Positions 16,721-25,107 of a stretch of DNA of 43,030 nt are shown piece after piece. Below the pieces are notes generated by a model. It ran no database searches. It was not told the origin of the DNA and worked only from the letters and a program-made list of their open reading frames with translations. How positions within the stretch are numbered: position 1 is the first letter of the stretch; the number at the start of each line of letters is the position of its first letter. The DNA comes from Desulfobacteraceae bacterium 4484_190.2. GTDB taxonomy: Bacteria > Desulfobacterota > DSM-4660 > Desulfatiglandales > Desulfatiglandaceae. The position numbers and the translations under genes are program-made. The stretch spans positions 1-43,030 of the forward strand of contig MVDB01000039.1 of the NCBI GenBank assembly GCA_002050025.1, in the 5' to 3' direction.

Positions 16721-17119
16721 ATGGGAAAGAGAAAAATAAGGGTCTTATTGGCCAAACCAGGACTGGATGGCCATGATAGAGGGGCAAAAGTTGTAGCCCA
16801 CGCCATGCGGGAGGCCGGTATGGAGGTGATTTATACCGGTCTTCACCAGAGCGTACCCAGCATTGTTAACCAGGCCATCCAGGAAGATGCTGACGTCATT
16901 GGTCTTTCCATAATGTCCGGAGCGCACATTCCAATTTGCAGGAAACTGATGGAGCTGGTGGAAGAGCAGAATATTGGTGACAAATTGATTGTTGTGGGTG
17001 GTGTTATTCCTAACAAAGACATACCTACCCTTAAAGATATTGGGGTCAAGGGGATCTTTCCTGGAGGAGTTCACTTTGATGAGATCGTAAAGTTCATAGG
17101 GGAAAATGCAACAAAATAG
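16721..17119 (+). CDS. B12-binding small subunit of an acyl-CoA mutase
   Basis: KIRVLLAKPGLDGHDRGAKVVA carries the DxHxxG cobalamin-binding motif, and the protein is ~130 aa. Confidence 0.85.
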   Translation: MGKRKIRVLLAKPGLDGHDRGAKVVAHAMREAGMEVIYTGLHQSVPSIVNQAIQEDADVIGLSIMSGAHIPICRKLMELVEEQNIGDKLIVVGGVIPNKDIPTLKDIGVKGIFPGGVHFDEIVKFIGENATK

Positions 17120-17219
17120 TCCGTGACCATCCACCCATATTCTGAACTTTTAGGCACGCAGCTGATTGACCCTTTTATGGAACCACAGTTAAATCACATA
17201 GAAAGAAAATGAGGAAATC

Positions 17220-18848
17220 ATGGGAGTAGCTACATATATCAAAGATGAAAAAGATGCCATTAAAGAAGTCACACTTCAGTCAGGCATAAAAATCAAGCCG
17301 GTCTATACACCCGATGATCTTGAACAGATCGGCTTTGATTACCAGGAGGACCTTGCGAATCCAGGCGATTTTCCTTTTACCCGTGGTATTCACCCCATGG
17401 GTTTTAGGAGTCGAAACTGGACAACCCGCCAGTACACAGGGTTTGGTACGCCGGAGGAGACAAACGAACGATTCAAGCTAATGATCTCCCATGGGCAAAC
17501 GGGGCTTAATGTTGCATTCGATCTCCCCACGCAGATGGGCCTTGATTCTGATGACCCCATGGCTGAAGGCGAAGTGGGTCGCGTGGGTATGGCCATTGAT
17601 TCCTTGAAGGATTTTGAGATCGCGTTCAAGGATATCCAATTGAACCGTATCGGGAGCGGTCTGACAATTAACGCAGTGGCCTCGATCATGCTGGCCATGT
17701 ATCAGGCAATGGCTGAGAAATTCGGGTACAAAAAGGATGAGATCTCAGCCACTCCTCAGAACGATATCCTCAAGGAGATGGTTGGCAGGGGAGCATGGAT
17801 CTATCCTGTGGAACCAGCAGTGCGGCTTATCGGTGACACTATAGAGTATTCAATGAAGGAACTACCAAGATGCAATCCGGTTTCTGTGGCGGGGTACCAT
17901 ATCAGAGAATCCGGTTGTACGCCGGCACAAGAAATTTCCTATGCCTTAATGATTGCCTTTGCTTATATCGATAACGTGGTCGCCCGTGGATACAAGGCAG
18001 AAGATTTTGTAGGCAGGTTTTCTTTTAATCTGAATATTTATGGTAACATCTGGGAGACGGTGGCAAAATTTCGGGCGGCAAGGAAATTATGGGCAAAGTT
18101 ATTGAGAGAACGATATGATGTTCAGAATAAGAAATCGCTTTTCCTCCGCGGCATATTCGGCGGTGGCGGCTCAGGTATGACCAAACAGCAGCCGGAAAAT
18201 AATATCGTGCGTGGGGCATACTATGCACTTGCAGCGGCCCTATCCGGAGCCCAGACAACAGCACTTTGTTCTTTTGACGAGGCATATACGATTCCCACAG
18301 AGCGAGCAGCACTCCTTTCCTTAAGGACTTTTCAAATACTCATGGATGAAATAGGGCTCAGGGATACAGTGGATCCCCTGGCCGGCTCATACTTTATAGA
18401 AACATTAACCAAAGAAATGGAAGCAAAGATCCTGGAAGAGATGGAAAAGATAGAGAAGGTCGGTGGCATGGTTGAGGCTGTTTCGACCGGGTATGTGCAG
18501 AAAGAGGTGGCATTGCAGGCCTACGAGTTTGAGAAAAAAATCCAGGAAGGTAAAGTCATAAAAGTCGGCGTAAACAAGTACACAGAAGGTGTGGACATGG
18601 AGGTGGAACTCCACGAATACAACGAGGAGTGGGCACGGTTACAGATTAAACGACTTAAGGAACTCAAAAAAGATAGGGACAATAAGGCGGTCAAAGATTC
18701 CTTAAAAGCACTTGAAAAGGCGGCCAGAGAAGAGAAAAACGTTATGCCCTACCTGCTTGAGTGCTGCAAAAGTTATGCAACGGTAGGTGAAATGTCGAAT
18801 GTTTTCAGAGATGTTTTTGGGGAGTTTGTGGAACCGAGTATTTTTTAG
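17220..18848 (+). CDS. Methylmalonyl-CoA-mutase-family large (catalytic) subunit
   Basis: FPFTRGIHP...WTTRQYTGFGT...GQTGLNVAFDLPTQMG.DSD...ND ILKE are family signatures. The protein is 542 aa. Confidence 0.9.
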   Translation: MGVATYIKDEKDAIKEVTLQSGIKIKPVYTPDDLEQIGFDYQEDLANPGDFPFTRGIHPMGFRSRNWTTRQYTGFGTPEETNERFKLMISHGQTGLNVAFDLPTQMGLDSDDPMAEGEVGRVGMAIDSLKDFEIAFKDIQLNRIGSGLTINAVASIMLAMYQAMAEKFGYKKDEISATPQNDILKEMVGRGAWIYPVEPAVRLIGDTIEYSMKELPRCNPVSVAGYHIRESGCTPAQEISYALMIAFAYIDNVVARGYKAEDFVGRFSFNLNIYGNIWETVAKFRAARKLWAKLLRERYDVQNKKSLFLRGIFGGGGSGMTKQQPENNIVRGAYYALAAALSGAQTTALCSFDEAYTIPTERAALLSLRTFQILMDEIGLRDTVDPLAGSYFIETLTKEMEAKILEEMEKIEKVGGMVEAVSTGYVQKEVALQAYEFEKKIQEGKVIKVGVNKYTEGVDMEVELHEYNEEWARLQIKRLKELKKDRDNKAVKDSLKALEKAAREEKNVMPYLLECCKSYATVGEMSNVFRDVFGEFVEPSIF

Positions 18849-18936
18849 GCACTTAAATTTATGAGAGGGGAGGTGAAAAGAGAGGTTATCGTGATAAGGG
18901 GTTAACAAATCATCCACAATTAAGGAGGGTAGAGAA

Positions 18937-19962
18937 ATGAGAAAAAAAATTGGATTTGTACTGTCCGGACTTTTTTTGGCAACACTTTTCACCATTACCT
19001 GGACTCCAGCACCAGTTGCTGCAGGGCCCATCAATCTGAATTATGCTAACTTTCCCCCCGCCCCCACATTCCCCTGTGTTCAGATGGAGAGGTGGAAAAA
19101 AGAGGTTGAAAAGCGTACCAATGGGAAGGTAGCTATTAAGACGTTCCCGGGAGGGACCCTGCTTAAGGCCAAGGCTATGATGGATGGAGTGATTGCCGGC
19201 CAAGCTGATATAGGTTGCCTGTGCATGGCATACCAGCCGGGCAGGTTTGTCATTACAAATGCCACTACCTTGCCGCTTAATCCGCCAAGTGCAACGGTTT
19301 CAAGCCTTGTTCTATGGGATCTTTATAAAAAATATCACCCTAAGGCTTTTGGAAAAGTAAAGGTTCTTACGATGTTCACCACGGCACCCTTTAATATTAT
19401 GAGCAAAGTCCCGGTAAGAAATCTTGGTGACCTAAAAGGATTGGATCTTCGAGCTCCCGGAAGTGCCGGGGTGGTGCTAAAGAACCTGGGTGGCAATCCC
19501 GTCGGAATGCCGATGCCCCAAACACCGGAAGCACTTCAAAAAGGAACCGTCAAAGGACTGATTTCTTCCTTAGAAGTCATGAAAGATTTCAAATTTGCCG
19601 AGTTATGCCGTTATGTGACCAAGATCGACGTTGGTGTTATCCCCTTTGCTGTTGTCATGAATATGGACAAATGGAACAGCCTGCCAAAGGATGTCCAGAA
19701 AGTAATGGAGGAGTTAGGTCCGCAACAGGCAGTGTGGACAGGTGTCTACATGGATAATCATGTGAAAGACTCCATGGCATGGTCGAAAAAAACCCATAAC
19801 ATTGAGGTAATCGAACTTTCAAAAACAGAAAAGGCCAAATGGGATAAACTGCTTGATCCTATTACGGGAAAGTGGATTACGGATGCTAAAGCCAAAGGTT
19901 TTCCGGCTAAAGCGGTTGTTGATGATATTGTCGGATTTACAAAAATGTATTCCGGCCAGTAA
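18937..19962 (+). CDS. dctP: TRAP transporter substrate-binding protein (DctP family)
   Basis: Signal peptide MRKKIGFVLSGLFLATLF...A, the typical length, and the following DctQ/DctM genes. RBS AAGGAGG. Confidence 0.85.
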   Translation: MRKKIGFVLSGLFLATLFTITWTPAPVAAGPINLNYANFPPAPTFPCVQMERWKKEVEKRTNGKVAIKTFPGGTLLKAKAMMDGVIAGQADIGCLCMAYQPGRFVITNATTLPLNPPSATVSSLVLWDLYKKYHPKAFGKVKVLTMFTTAPFNIMSKVPVRNLGDLKGLDLRAPGSAGVVLKNLGGNPVGMPMPQTPEALQKGTVKGLISSLEVMKDFKFAELCRYVTKIDVGVIPFAVVMNMDKWNSLPKDVQKVMEELGPQQAVWTGVYMDNHVKDSMAWSKKTHNIEVIELSKTEKAKWDKLLDPITGKWITDAKAKGFPAKAVVDDIVGFTKMYSGQ

Positions 19963-19967
19963 CGGAG

Positions 19968-20013
19968 AGGTGGTTGCATTTAAGAGGGTATGTGCCTTTA
20001 TGTGCAGCCACCT
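19968..20013 (+). other. Intercistronic stem-loop between dctP and dctQ
   Basis: aggtggttgca (19968-19978) pairs with tgcagccacct (20003-20013): 11 bp including one G-U. There is no T-run, so it is not a classic terminator. Confidence 0.35.
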
Positions 20014-20117
20014 AAAAACATTTAATCATGTTTATAAGCGGATACTTATTAAGGATTAAAGCCGTCATGAGTTATGCAGGCTTAGCTTTTATGTTTTGAT
20101 TAAGACTGGAGAAGCAG

Positions 20118-20609
20118 ATGGCGTTCCTGGAAAGTTTTTGTAAGTTTATCAATCAGTTCTTCATGTGGATAGCAGGTTTTTTTTTATCGGCAATGATTGT
20201 TTTGACTTGCGCGAATATTTTTTTCCGACTTATATGGGGACCGATCAGAGGGACTTATGAACTGATGGGCTATTTTGGAGCTATTGTAACGGCTCTTGCT
20301 CTGGGCTATACCCAAATCAAGAAAGGGCATATCTCTGTTGATATACTGGTGCTTCGGTTCTCAGCGAAAACCCAAAGGGTACTTCAAAGTATAAATAGCC
20401 TAATCTGTATGATTTTTTTCGGCATGGCGGCATTGCAAATCGCCAAATATGCAAACATCCTTCAGGAGACAGGCGAAGTTACTGAGACACTTCTAATTAT
20501 TTACTACCCTTTTACTTATGGAGCCGCCTTGGGGTGTGCCGCGCTCTCCCTGGTTTTTTTTACAGAACTCTTAAATGCCCTTTTTAAAACAGGTGAGGAA
20601 GAACAGTGA
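20118..20609 (+). CDS. dctQ: TRAP transporter small permease (DctQ family)
   Basis: 163 aa with four predicted TM helices, positioned between the DctP and DctM genes. Confidence 0.8.
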   Translation: MAFLESFCKFINQFFMWIAGFFLSAMIVLTCANIFFRLIWGPIRGTYELMGYFGAIVTALALGYTQIKKGHISVDILVLRFSAKTQRVLQSINSLICMIFFGMAALQIAKYANILQETGEVTETLLIIYYPFTYGAALGCAALSLVFFTELLNALFKTGEEEQ

Positions 20610-21910
20610 GTTTAACTCTGATCGGGATTATCGGGATCATTATTCTCCTTGCAGTTCTGTTCTTTTTGGGCATGCCGGTTGGTTTTACTATGGGCATCGT
20701 CGGTTTCTGCGGATTTTGGTATGCGGTCTCTTTCAAGGCAGCTATCAACATGGTGGGAAATGACATCTGGTCCACATTTTCCAGTTATGGTCTCACGGTT
20801 ATCCCTCTTTTTATCTTTCTGGGGTATCTTGCATTTAACTCGGGTATTGCTGACAGGCTATACAATACGGCCTACAAGTGGTTCGGCCATTGGCGCGGAG
20901 GACTGGCTATTGCCACAATAGGCGCTGATGAGCTTTTTGCTGCAATCTGTGGCTCCAATACGGCCACGGCTGCTACCATGGGAAAAGTAGCCCTGCCACA
21001 GATGCAGAAGTATAAATATGATAATATGTTAAGCAGCGGCACTATCGTCACCGGAGGTACCCTGGGGACGGTTATGCCTCCCAGTGTAGTCCTCATTGTT
21101 ATCGGTTTACAAACAGAGCAATCCATTATCAAACTCTTCCTAGGCGGTATTCTTCCTGCCATCATTTTGGGGGCCCTGTTCGTGCTCACCATATTTGTCA
21201 TTTGCCGAATCAATCCGACGTTTGGTCCGGCAGGGCCGAAGACAGGCTTTAAGGACAAAGTAAGATCTCTCACTGGGGTCATCGAAGCGGTAATTATATT
21301 CGTTCTGGTCATCGGGGGACTGTACATTGGCTGGTTCACCCCTACCGAAGCAGGTGCCGTCGGGGTCTTTTTTACATTCTTGGTTATCGTACCAACCGGG
21401 CGACTGGGCTGGACGGGTCTTATCAGCTCTATCGGGGATACGCTGAAGATATCATGCATGGTTTTTATGCTTGTTACTGGAGCTATCATCTTTGGTCGAT
21501 TCTTAGCAGTAACGAGAATTACATTTATGGTTGCTGACTTTGCCGCCGGGCTTGATGTTTCCCGCTATGTCATTCTGGCATTCGTTTTGTTGATCTATCT
21601 CATAGGGGGATGTTTTATAGATTCACTGGGGTTTCTTGTCCTCACCATCCCTATTTTTTTTCCATTGGGAATGGCTTTGGGTTTCGATCCAATCTGGTAC
21701 GCAATCATTTTGACGATGGTCACAACAATGGGAGCAATTACCCCACCGGTTGGTGTTAATATTTACGTGGTAAAAGCATTAGCTCCAGAAATAGGGCTTT
21801 CCACAATTTTTAAAAGTGTAAGTTTTTTTCTGGCAGCCTGTATTATCTGTATAGTCATACTAATTGTTTTTCCACAAATAGTATTAATTATACCAAATAT
21901 GGCACATTAA
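20606..21910 (+). CDS. dctM: TRAP transporter large permease (DctM family)
   Basis: 434-aa polytopic membrane protein. The GTG start overlaps the dctQ stop (GTGA). Confidence 0.9.
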   Translation: MSLTLIGIIGIIILLAVLFFLGMPVGFTMGIVGFCGFWYAVSFKAAINMVGNDIWSTFSSYGLTVIPLFIFLGYLAFNSGIADRLYNTAYKWFGHWRGGLAIATIGADELFAAICGSNTATAATMGKVALPQMQKYKYDNMLSSGTIVTGGTLGTVMPPSVVLIVIGLQTEQSIIKLFLGGILPAIILGALFVLTIFVICRINPTFGPAGPKTGFKDKVRSLTGVIEAVIIFVLVIGGLYIGWFTPTEAGAVGVFFTFLVIVPTGRLGWTGLISSIGDTLKISCMVFMLVTGAIIFGRFLAVTRITFMVADFAAGLDVSRYVILAFVLLIYLIGGCFIDSLGFLVLTIPIFFPLGMALGFDPIWYAIILTMVTTMGAITPPVGVNIYVVKALAPEIGLSTIFKSVSFFLAACIICIVILIVFPQIVLIIPNMAH

Positions 21911-22066
21911 ACAGAATGACTGGGGTAGTGGGGTATGGGAGTGATGGTTTGAAGGAATAAAGAATTAGATTAATAATGAAGTTTACGGCCGGATGTAAAG
22001 CTCAACCCTATACCTTCCTCGTTCTATTGAGGCTTTTATGTCTTTTATATTAAGCGGTGAAAGATC

Positions 22067-23362
22067 ATGAAAAAGACTTTTATGCCCACAGTGCAAACAC
22101 GTGACGAATTGGAAGCGTTACAACTCAAAGGCTTGCAATGGACAGTGAACCATGCCTACAACGGATCACCCGTATATAAGGCAAAGATGGACGATTCAGG
22201 TGTCCGCCCTGGAGATATCCGCTCCCTCTATGACTTAGACAAGCTTCCTTTCACAACATCAAAAGATCTGCAGAATGGATATCCGTTTCCGCTGCTATCT
22301 GTGCCTTTTGAAAAGGTTGTGCGAATTCATGCCTCATCGGGCACTACTGGAAAACGAAAAGTCCTCTGTTACACGCAGAAAGACATAGAAGACTGGACAC
22401 ATTTCTTTGCACGGTGTTATGAGATGGCTCAGCTCACTCAGGAAGACCGGATTCAGATCGCAGTTGGGTACGGTGTATGGACTGCCGGTGCCGGTTTCCA
22501 GTTGGGATGCGAGGCCTTTGGCGCCATGGCCATTCCGGCAGGCCCTGGAAATCTGGATATGCAGTGCGAGTTCCTGATTGACTTTCAGACTACTGTCATG
22601 TGTTGTACTGCGTCCATGGGGCTCTTAATGGCTGAAGAGGTAAACAAGCGGGGTATCAAAGACAAAATAAACCTCAAGAAAATGATCTTCGGATCAGAAC
22701 GATCCAGTGATGCCATGAGAAAGAGGATTGGTGATCTTCTGGGGATTGAGCACATGTTTGACATCCCGGGCATGACTGAACTTTACGGTCCGGGAACCGG
22801 CCTGGACTGTGCTTATCACACCGGGATACACTATTGGGCCGACTACTATATTTTGGAGATACTGGACCCTGAGACGCTAAAGACGGTTCCCGAGGGAGAG
22901 ACTGGAGAAATGGTAGTGACCACGTTAAGGAAAGAAGCGGTCCCCCTCATTCGTTACCGGACCAGGGATTTAACCCGTTTGATTCCCGGGGAGTGCCCAT
23001 GCGGATCTATTCTGCCGAGACACGACCGGATCCTGGGACGCTCCGACGACATGATAATTTTCAGGGCAGTTAACATCTATCCGGGCCAGATCGACCATGT
23101 CCTTTCTGGTATCGATGAAATAGGCAGTGAATTTCAGATCATTCTCGATAGGAAAAAAGATGGCAAAGACTATATGACCATCAAAGTCGAGCGCAACGAA
23201 GGCGTTGACAAAAGCCAGGACAGTGACCTGAGCAAAAGAATAAGTACACAGATCAAGAAAGAGATCCTGGTGAGTGGAAATGTAGAGTTGTTGGATTACG
23301 GGTCTTTACCGCGATCCGAGAGAAAGAGCAAGAGAGTATTTGATAACCGCGACAACGATTAA
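22067..23362 (+). CDS. Phenylacetate-CoA-ligase-family (PaaK/F390 synthetase-like) aryl-acid CoA ligase
   Basis: LPFTTKDL...IHASSGTTGKRKV...GYG (AMP-binding core of the PaaK type), and 431 aa. Confidence 0.85.
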   Translation: MKKTFMPTVQTRDELEALQLKGLQWTVNHAYNGSPVYKAKMDDSGVRPGDIRSLYDLDKLPFTTSKDLQNGYPFPLLSVPFEKVVRIHASSGTTGKRKVLCYTQKDIEDWTHFFARCYEMAQLTQEDRIQIAVGYGVWTAGAGFQLGCEAFGAMAIPAGPGNLDMQCEFLIDFQTTVMCCTASMGLLMAEEVNKRGIKDKINLKKMIFGSERSSDAMRKRIGDLLGIEHMFDIPGMTELYGPGTGLDCAYHTGIHYWADYYILEILDPETLKTVPEGETGEMVVTTLRKEAVPLIRYRTRDLTRLIPGECPCGSILPRHDRILGRSDDMIIFRAVNIYPGQIDHVLSGIDEIGSEFQIILDRKKDGKDYMTIKVERNEGVDKSQDSDLSKRISTQIKKEILVSGNVELLDYGSLPRSERKSKRVFDNRDND

Positions 23363-23373
23363 GGGGTTCAGAT

Positions 23374-24243
23374 ATGATTGACTATGATTATAAAAAGCCT
23401 GAGAATTTGGAAGAGGTCTTCAGCCTTCTCAAAGAATACGGCCCCAAGGCCACCCTGATTGCAGGGGGTACCGATGTGATGGTCAAAATCAGGAATACGA
23501 GAAAGGCTCCAGAGGTTTTGATATCTCTAAGGGGACTTGAGGATCTTAGATATATCAGGAAAAACAACGATTACCATATTGGAGCCCTGACCACTCACAG
23601 GATGCTGGAGCAGTCAGATCTGGTCAAAACCGAGCTGTCTGCCTTACATGATGGCGCCTCTGAGGTTGGATCGGTTCAGATAAGGAACGTTGCAACGGTT
23701 GGAGGGAATATCTGTAACGCTGCGCCTTCAGCAGACACTTCCGGCCCGCTTCTGGCGCTTGACGCCACCGTCGTACTGGAGGGACCTGAGGGAAGACGCA
23801 GCCTACCCATAGCTGACTTCTTTACCGGGACTTACAGGACCGTGCGAAAGGCAGAAGAGGTCCTTGTTGAGTTCCAAATACCAGTGGAAATGGAAGGCTT
23901 TGGAAGCGCCTACTGGAAACATTCAAGGAGGAAGGCAATGGAGCTCCCTTTATTGGGAATTTCCGTTGCTCTCAAGCTGTCTGAGAACAAAGAGATATCT
24001 GATGCAAGAATTTCCCTGACCGTGGCCGCGCCAACACCCATCAGGGCTTATAAGGCCGAGGAGTTTTTAAAAGGGAAGCCCTTAGACGATGATGTGCTGA
24101 GAGAGACAGGGAAAATCGCATCATCCCGAGACTGTTGCTCTCTCAGGGACAGCCTGAGGTGTGCAGCATGGTATCGCGAAAAAATCATACAGGTCTTTGT
24201 CCCCCGAATGGCCAGGTTAGCTGCTGAACGCATTAAAAATTAA
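23374..24243 (+). CDS. Mo-hydroxylase (xanthine dehydrogenase family) FAD-binding medium subunit
   Basis: LIAGGTDVMVKIR...VATVGGNICNAAPSADT are CoxM/XdhB-like FAD-binding motifs. Confidence 0.85.
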   Translation: MIDYDYKKPENLEEVFSLLKEYGPKATLIAGGTDVMVKIRNTRKAPEVLISLRGLEDLRYIRKNNDYHIGALTTHRMLEQSDLVKTELSALHDGASEVGSVQIRNVATVGGNICNAAPSADTSGPLLALDATVVLEGPEGRRSLPIADFFTGTYRTVRKAEEVLVEFQIPVEMEGFGSAYWKHSRRKAMELPLLGISVALKLSENKEISDARISLTVAAPTPIRAYKAEEFLKGKPLDDDVLRETGKIASSRDCCSLRDSLRCAAWYREKIIQVFVPRMARLAAERIKN

Positions 24244-24247
24244 TAAT

Positions 24248-24348
24248 AGTTCACCGCTGAGACGCTGAGTCCGCAGGGAAAAAAGTGATTTAACTTAGCG
24301 TTCTTTGCACCTAAAGAGAGCGAAGCGAACGGGCGGTGAATGGTTACC
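24248..24348. repeat. Family F palindromic repeat, long form
   Basis: The left end agttcaccgc and the right end gcggtgaatggttacc are mutually inverted. The ends match 6569-6605 and 24865-25073. Confidence 0.45.
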
Positions 24349-24376
24349 AGAAATCATTAGTACTAAGGAGCTCGAG

Positions 24377-24856
24377 ATGAAAAAAGTGCCAGTTTCTTTT
24401 ACCTTAAATGGTGACCCCGTAACAGCAGAGGTTCCGATTACGTGGTCACTTTTAGAGACATTACGGGAATATTTTGAATTAAACGGTGCTAAAAAAGGGT
24501 GCGGGGTCGGTGAGTGTGGCGCGTGCACAGTTATTGTAGACGGCGACGCAGTTAGTTCATGTTTGTATCCAATTCCCGAAATAGAAGGAAAATCAGTGAC
24601 CACAATCGAGGGTATTGCCAGTGCTGAAGGAGCGTTGCATCCACTCCAAAAGGCATTTATTGAAAACAACGGAGTCCAGTGTGGATATTGCACATCTGGA
24701 ATGATCATGTCTGCAAAATCCCTTCTGGATCAAAACCCTGATCCAACGGAAGACGAAATCAGAACAAGCATTGCTGGCAATTTTTGTCGTTGCACCGGAT
24801 ACATTCAGATTGTCGAGGCCATAGGGATGGCCGCGATAGAAAGCGATAGAAAATAA
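24377..24856 (+). CDS. Mo-hydroxylase [2Fe-2S] small subunit
   Basis: GCGVGECGACTV and CGYCTSGM...CRCTGY cluster motifs. AAGGAG lies 6 nt upstream of the ATG at 24377. The longer ORF start lies in repeat F. Confidence 0.9.
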   Translation: MKKVPVSFTLNGDPVTAEVPITWSLLETLREYFELNGAKKGCGVGECGACTVIVDGDAVSSCLYPIPEIEGKSVTTIEGIASAEGALHPLQKAFIENNGVQCGYCTSGMIMSAKSLLDQNPDPTEDEIRTSIAGNFCRCTGYIQIVEAIGMAAIESDRK

Positions 24857-24864
24857 TTTTGTAC

Positions 24865-25073
24865 TAGTTCACCTGTTAAAAAAACCTTTAGACGGGATTA
24901 CCCCGCGTTTCGCGTGGCAGGCATGGATAAACAAGATTTTTTGTCCTGTTCATCTTTAATCATAAGCGTGTGTTAAAACAATACATATTCTACTTTTGAT
25001 TTACAGGATAAAATTAATCTCCCGCTGTAAGCGGGATTAATCCTGTCAGAAAAATATGCGGCTGAACTATTAC
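24865..25073. repeat. Composite repeat: family F ends (24865-24875, 25058-25073) enclosing a family X MITE (24888-25054), which itself contains a TCCCGC-N5-GCGGGA hairpin (25020-25036)
   Basis: tagttcacctg ... gcggctgaactattac match the family F ends. tttagacgggatta and the reverse complement of attaatcctgtcagaaaaa match the X TIRs. The hairpin is flanked by a direct TTAATC/TTAATC. Confidence 0.5.
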
Positions 25074-25107
25074 ATAATTTTTAACTAAGTAAACCCTAAC
25101 GGAGGAA

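Noticed and set aside
18849-18936. Sigma-54 promoter upstream of dctP (aGGCACttaaaTTTAt).
   Set aside because: The -24 GG/-12 GC spacing fits, but the essential -12 GC is absent (TTTA instead of TTGC). No enhancer-binding protein gene is nearby.
20872-21489. 205-aa minus-strand ORF inside dctM. Other long antisense or alternate-frame ORFs are similar: 29935-30597(-), 14588-15070(-), 16745-17134(-), 41176-41604(+), 42391-42939(+), 24295-24708(-), 9006-9344(-).
   Set aside because: Each is fully embedded in a confidently identified gene on the other strand or frame. They have low-complexity or unrecognisable translations and no RBS, which makes them typical shadow ORFs.
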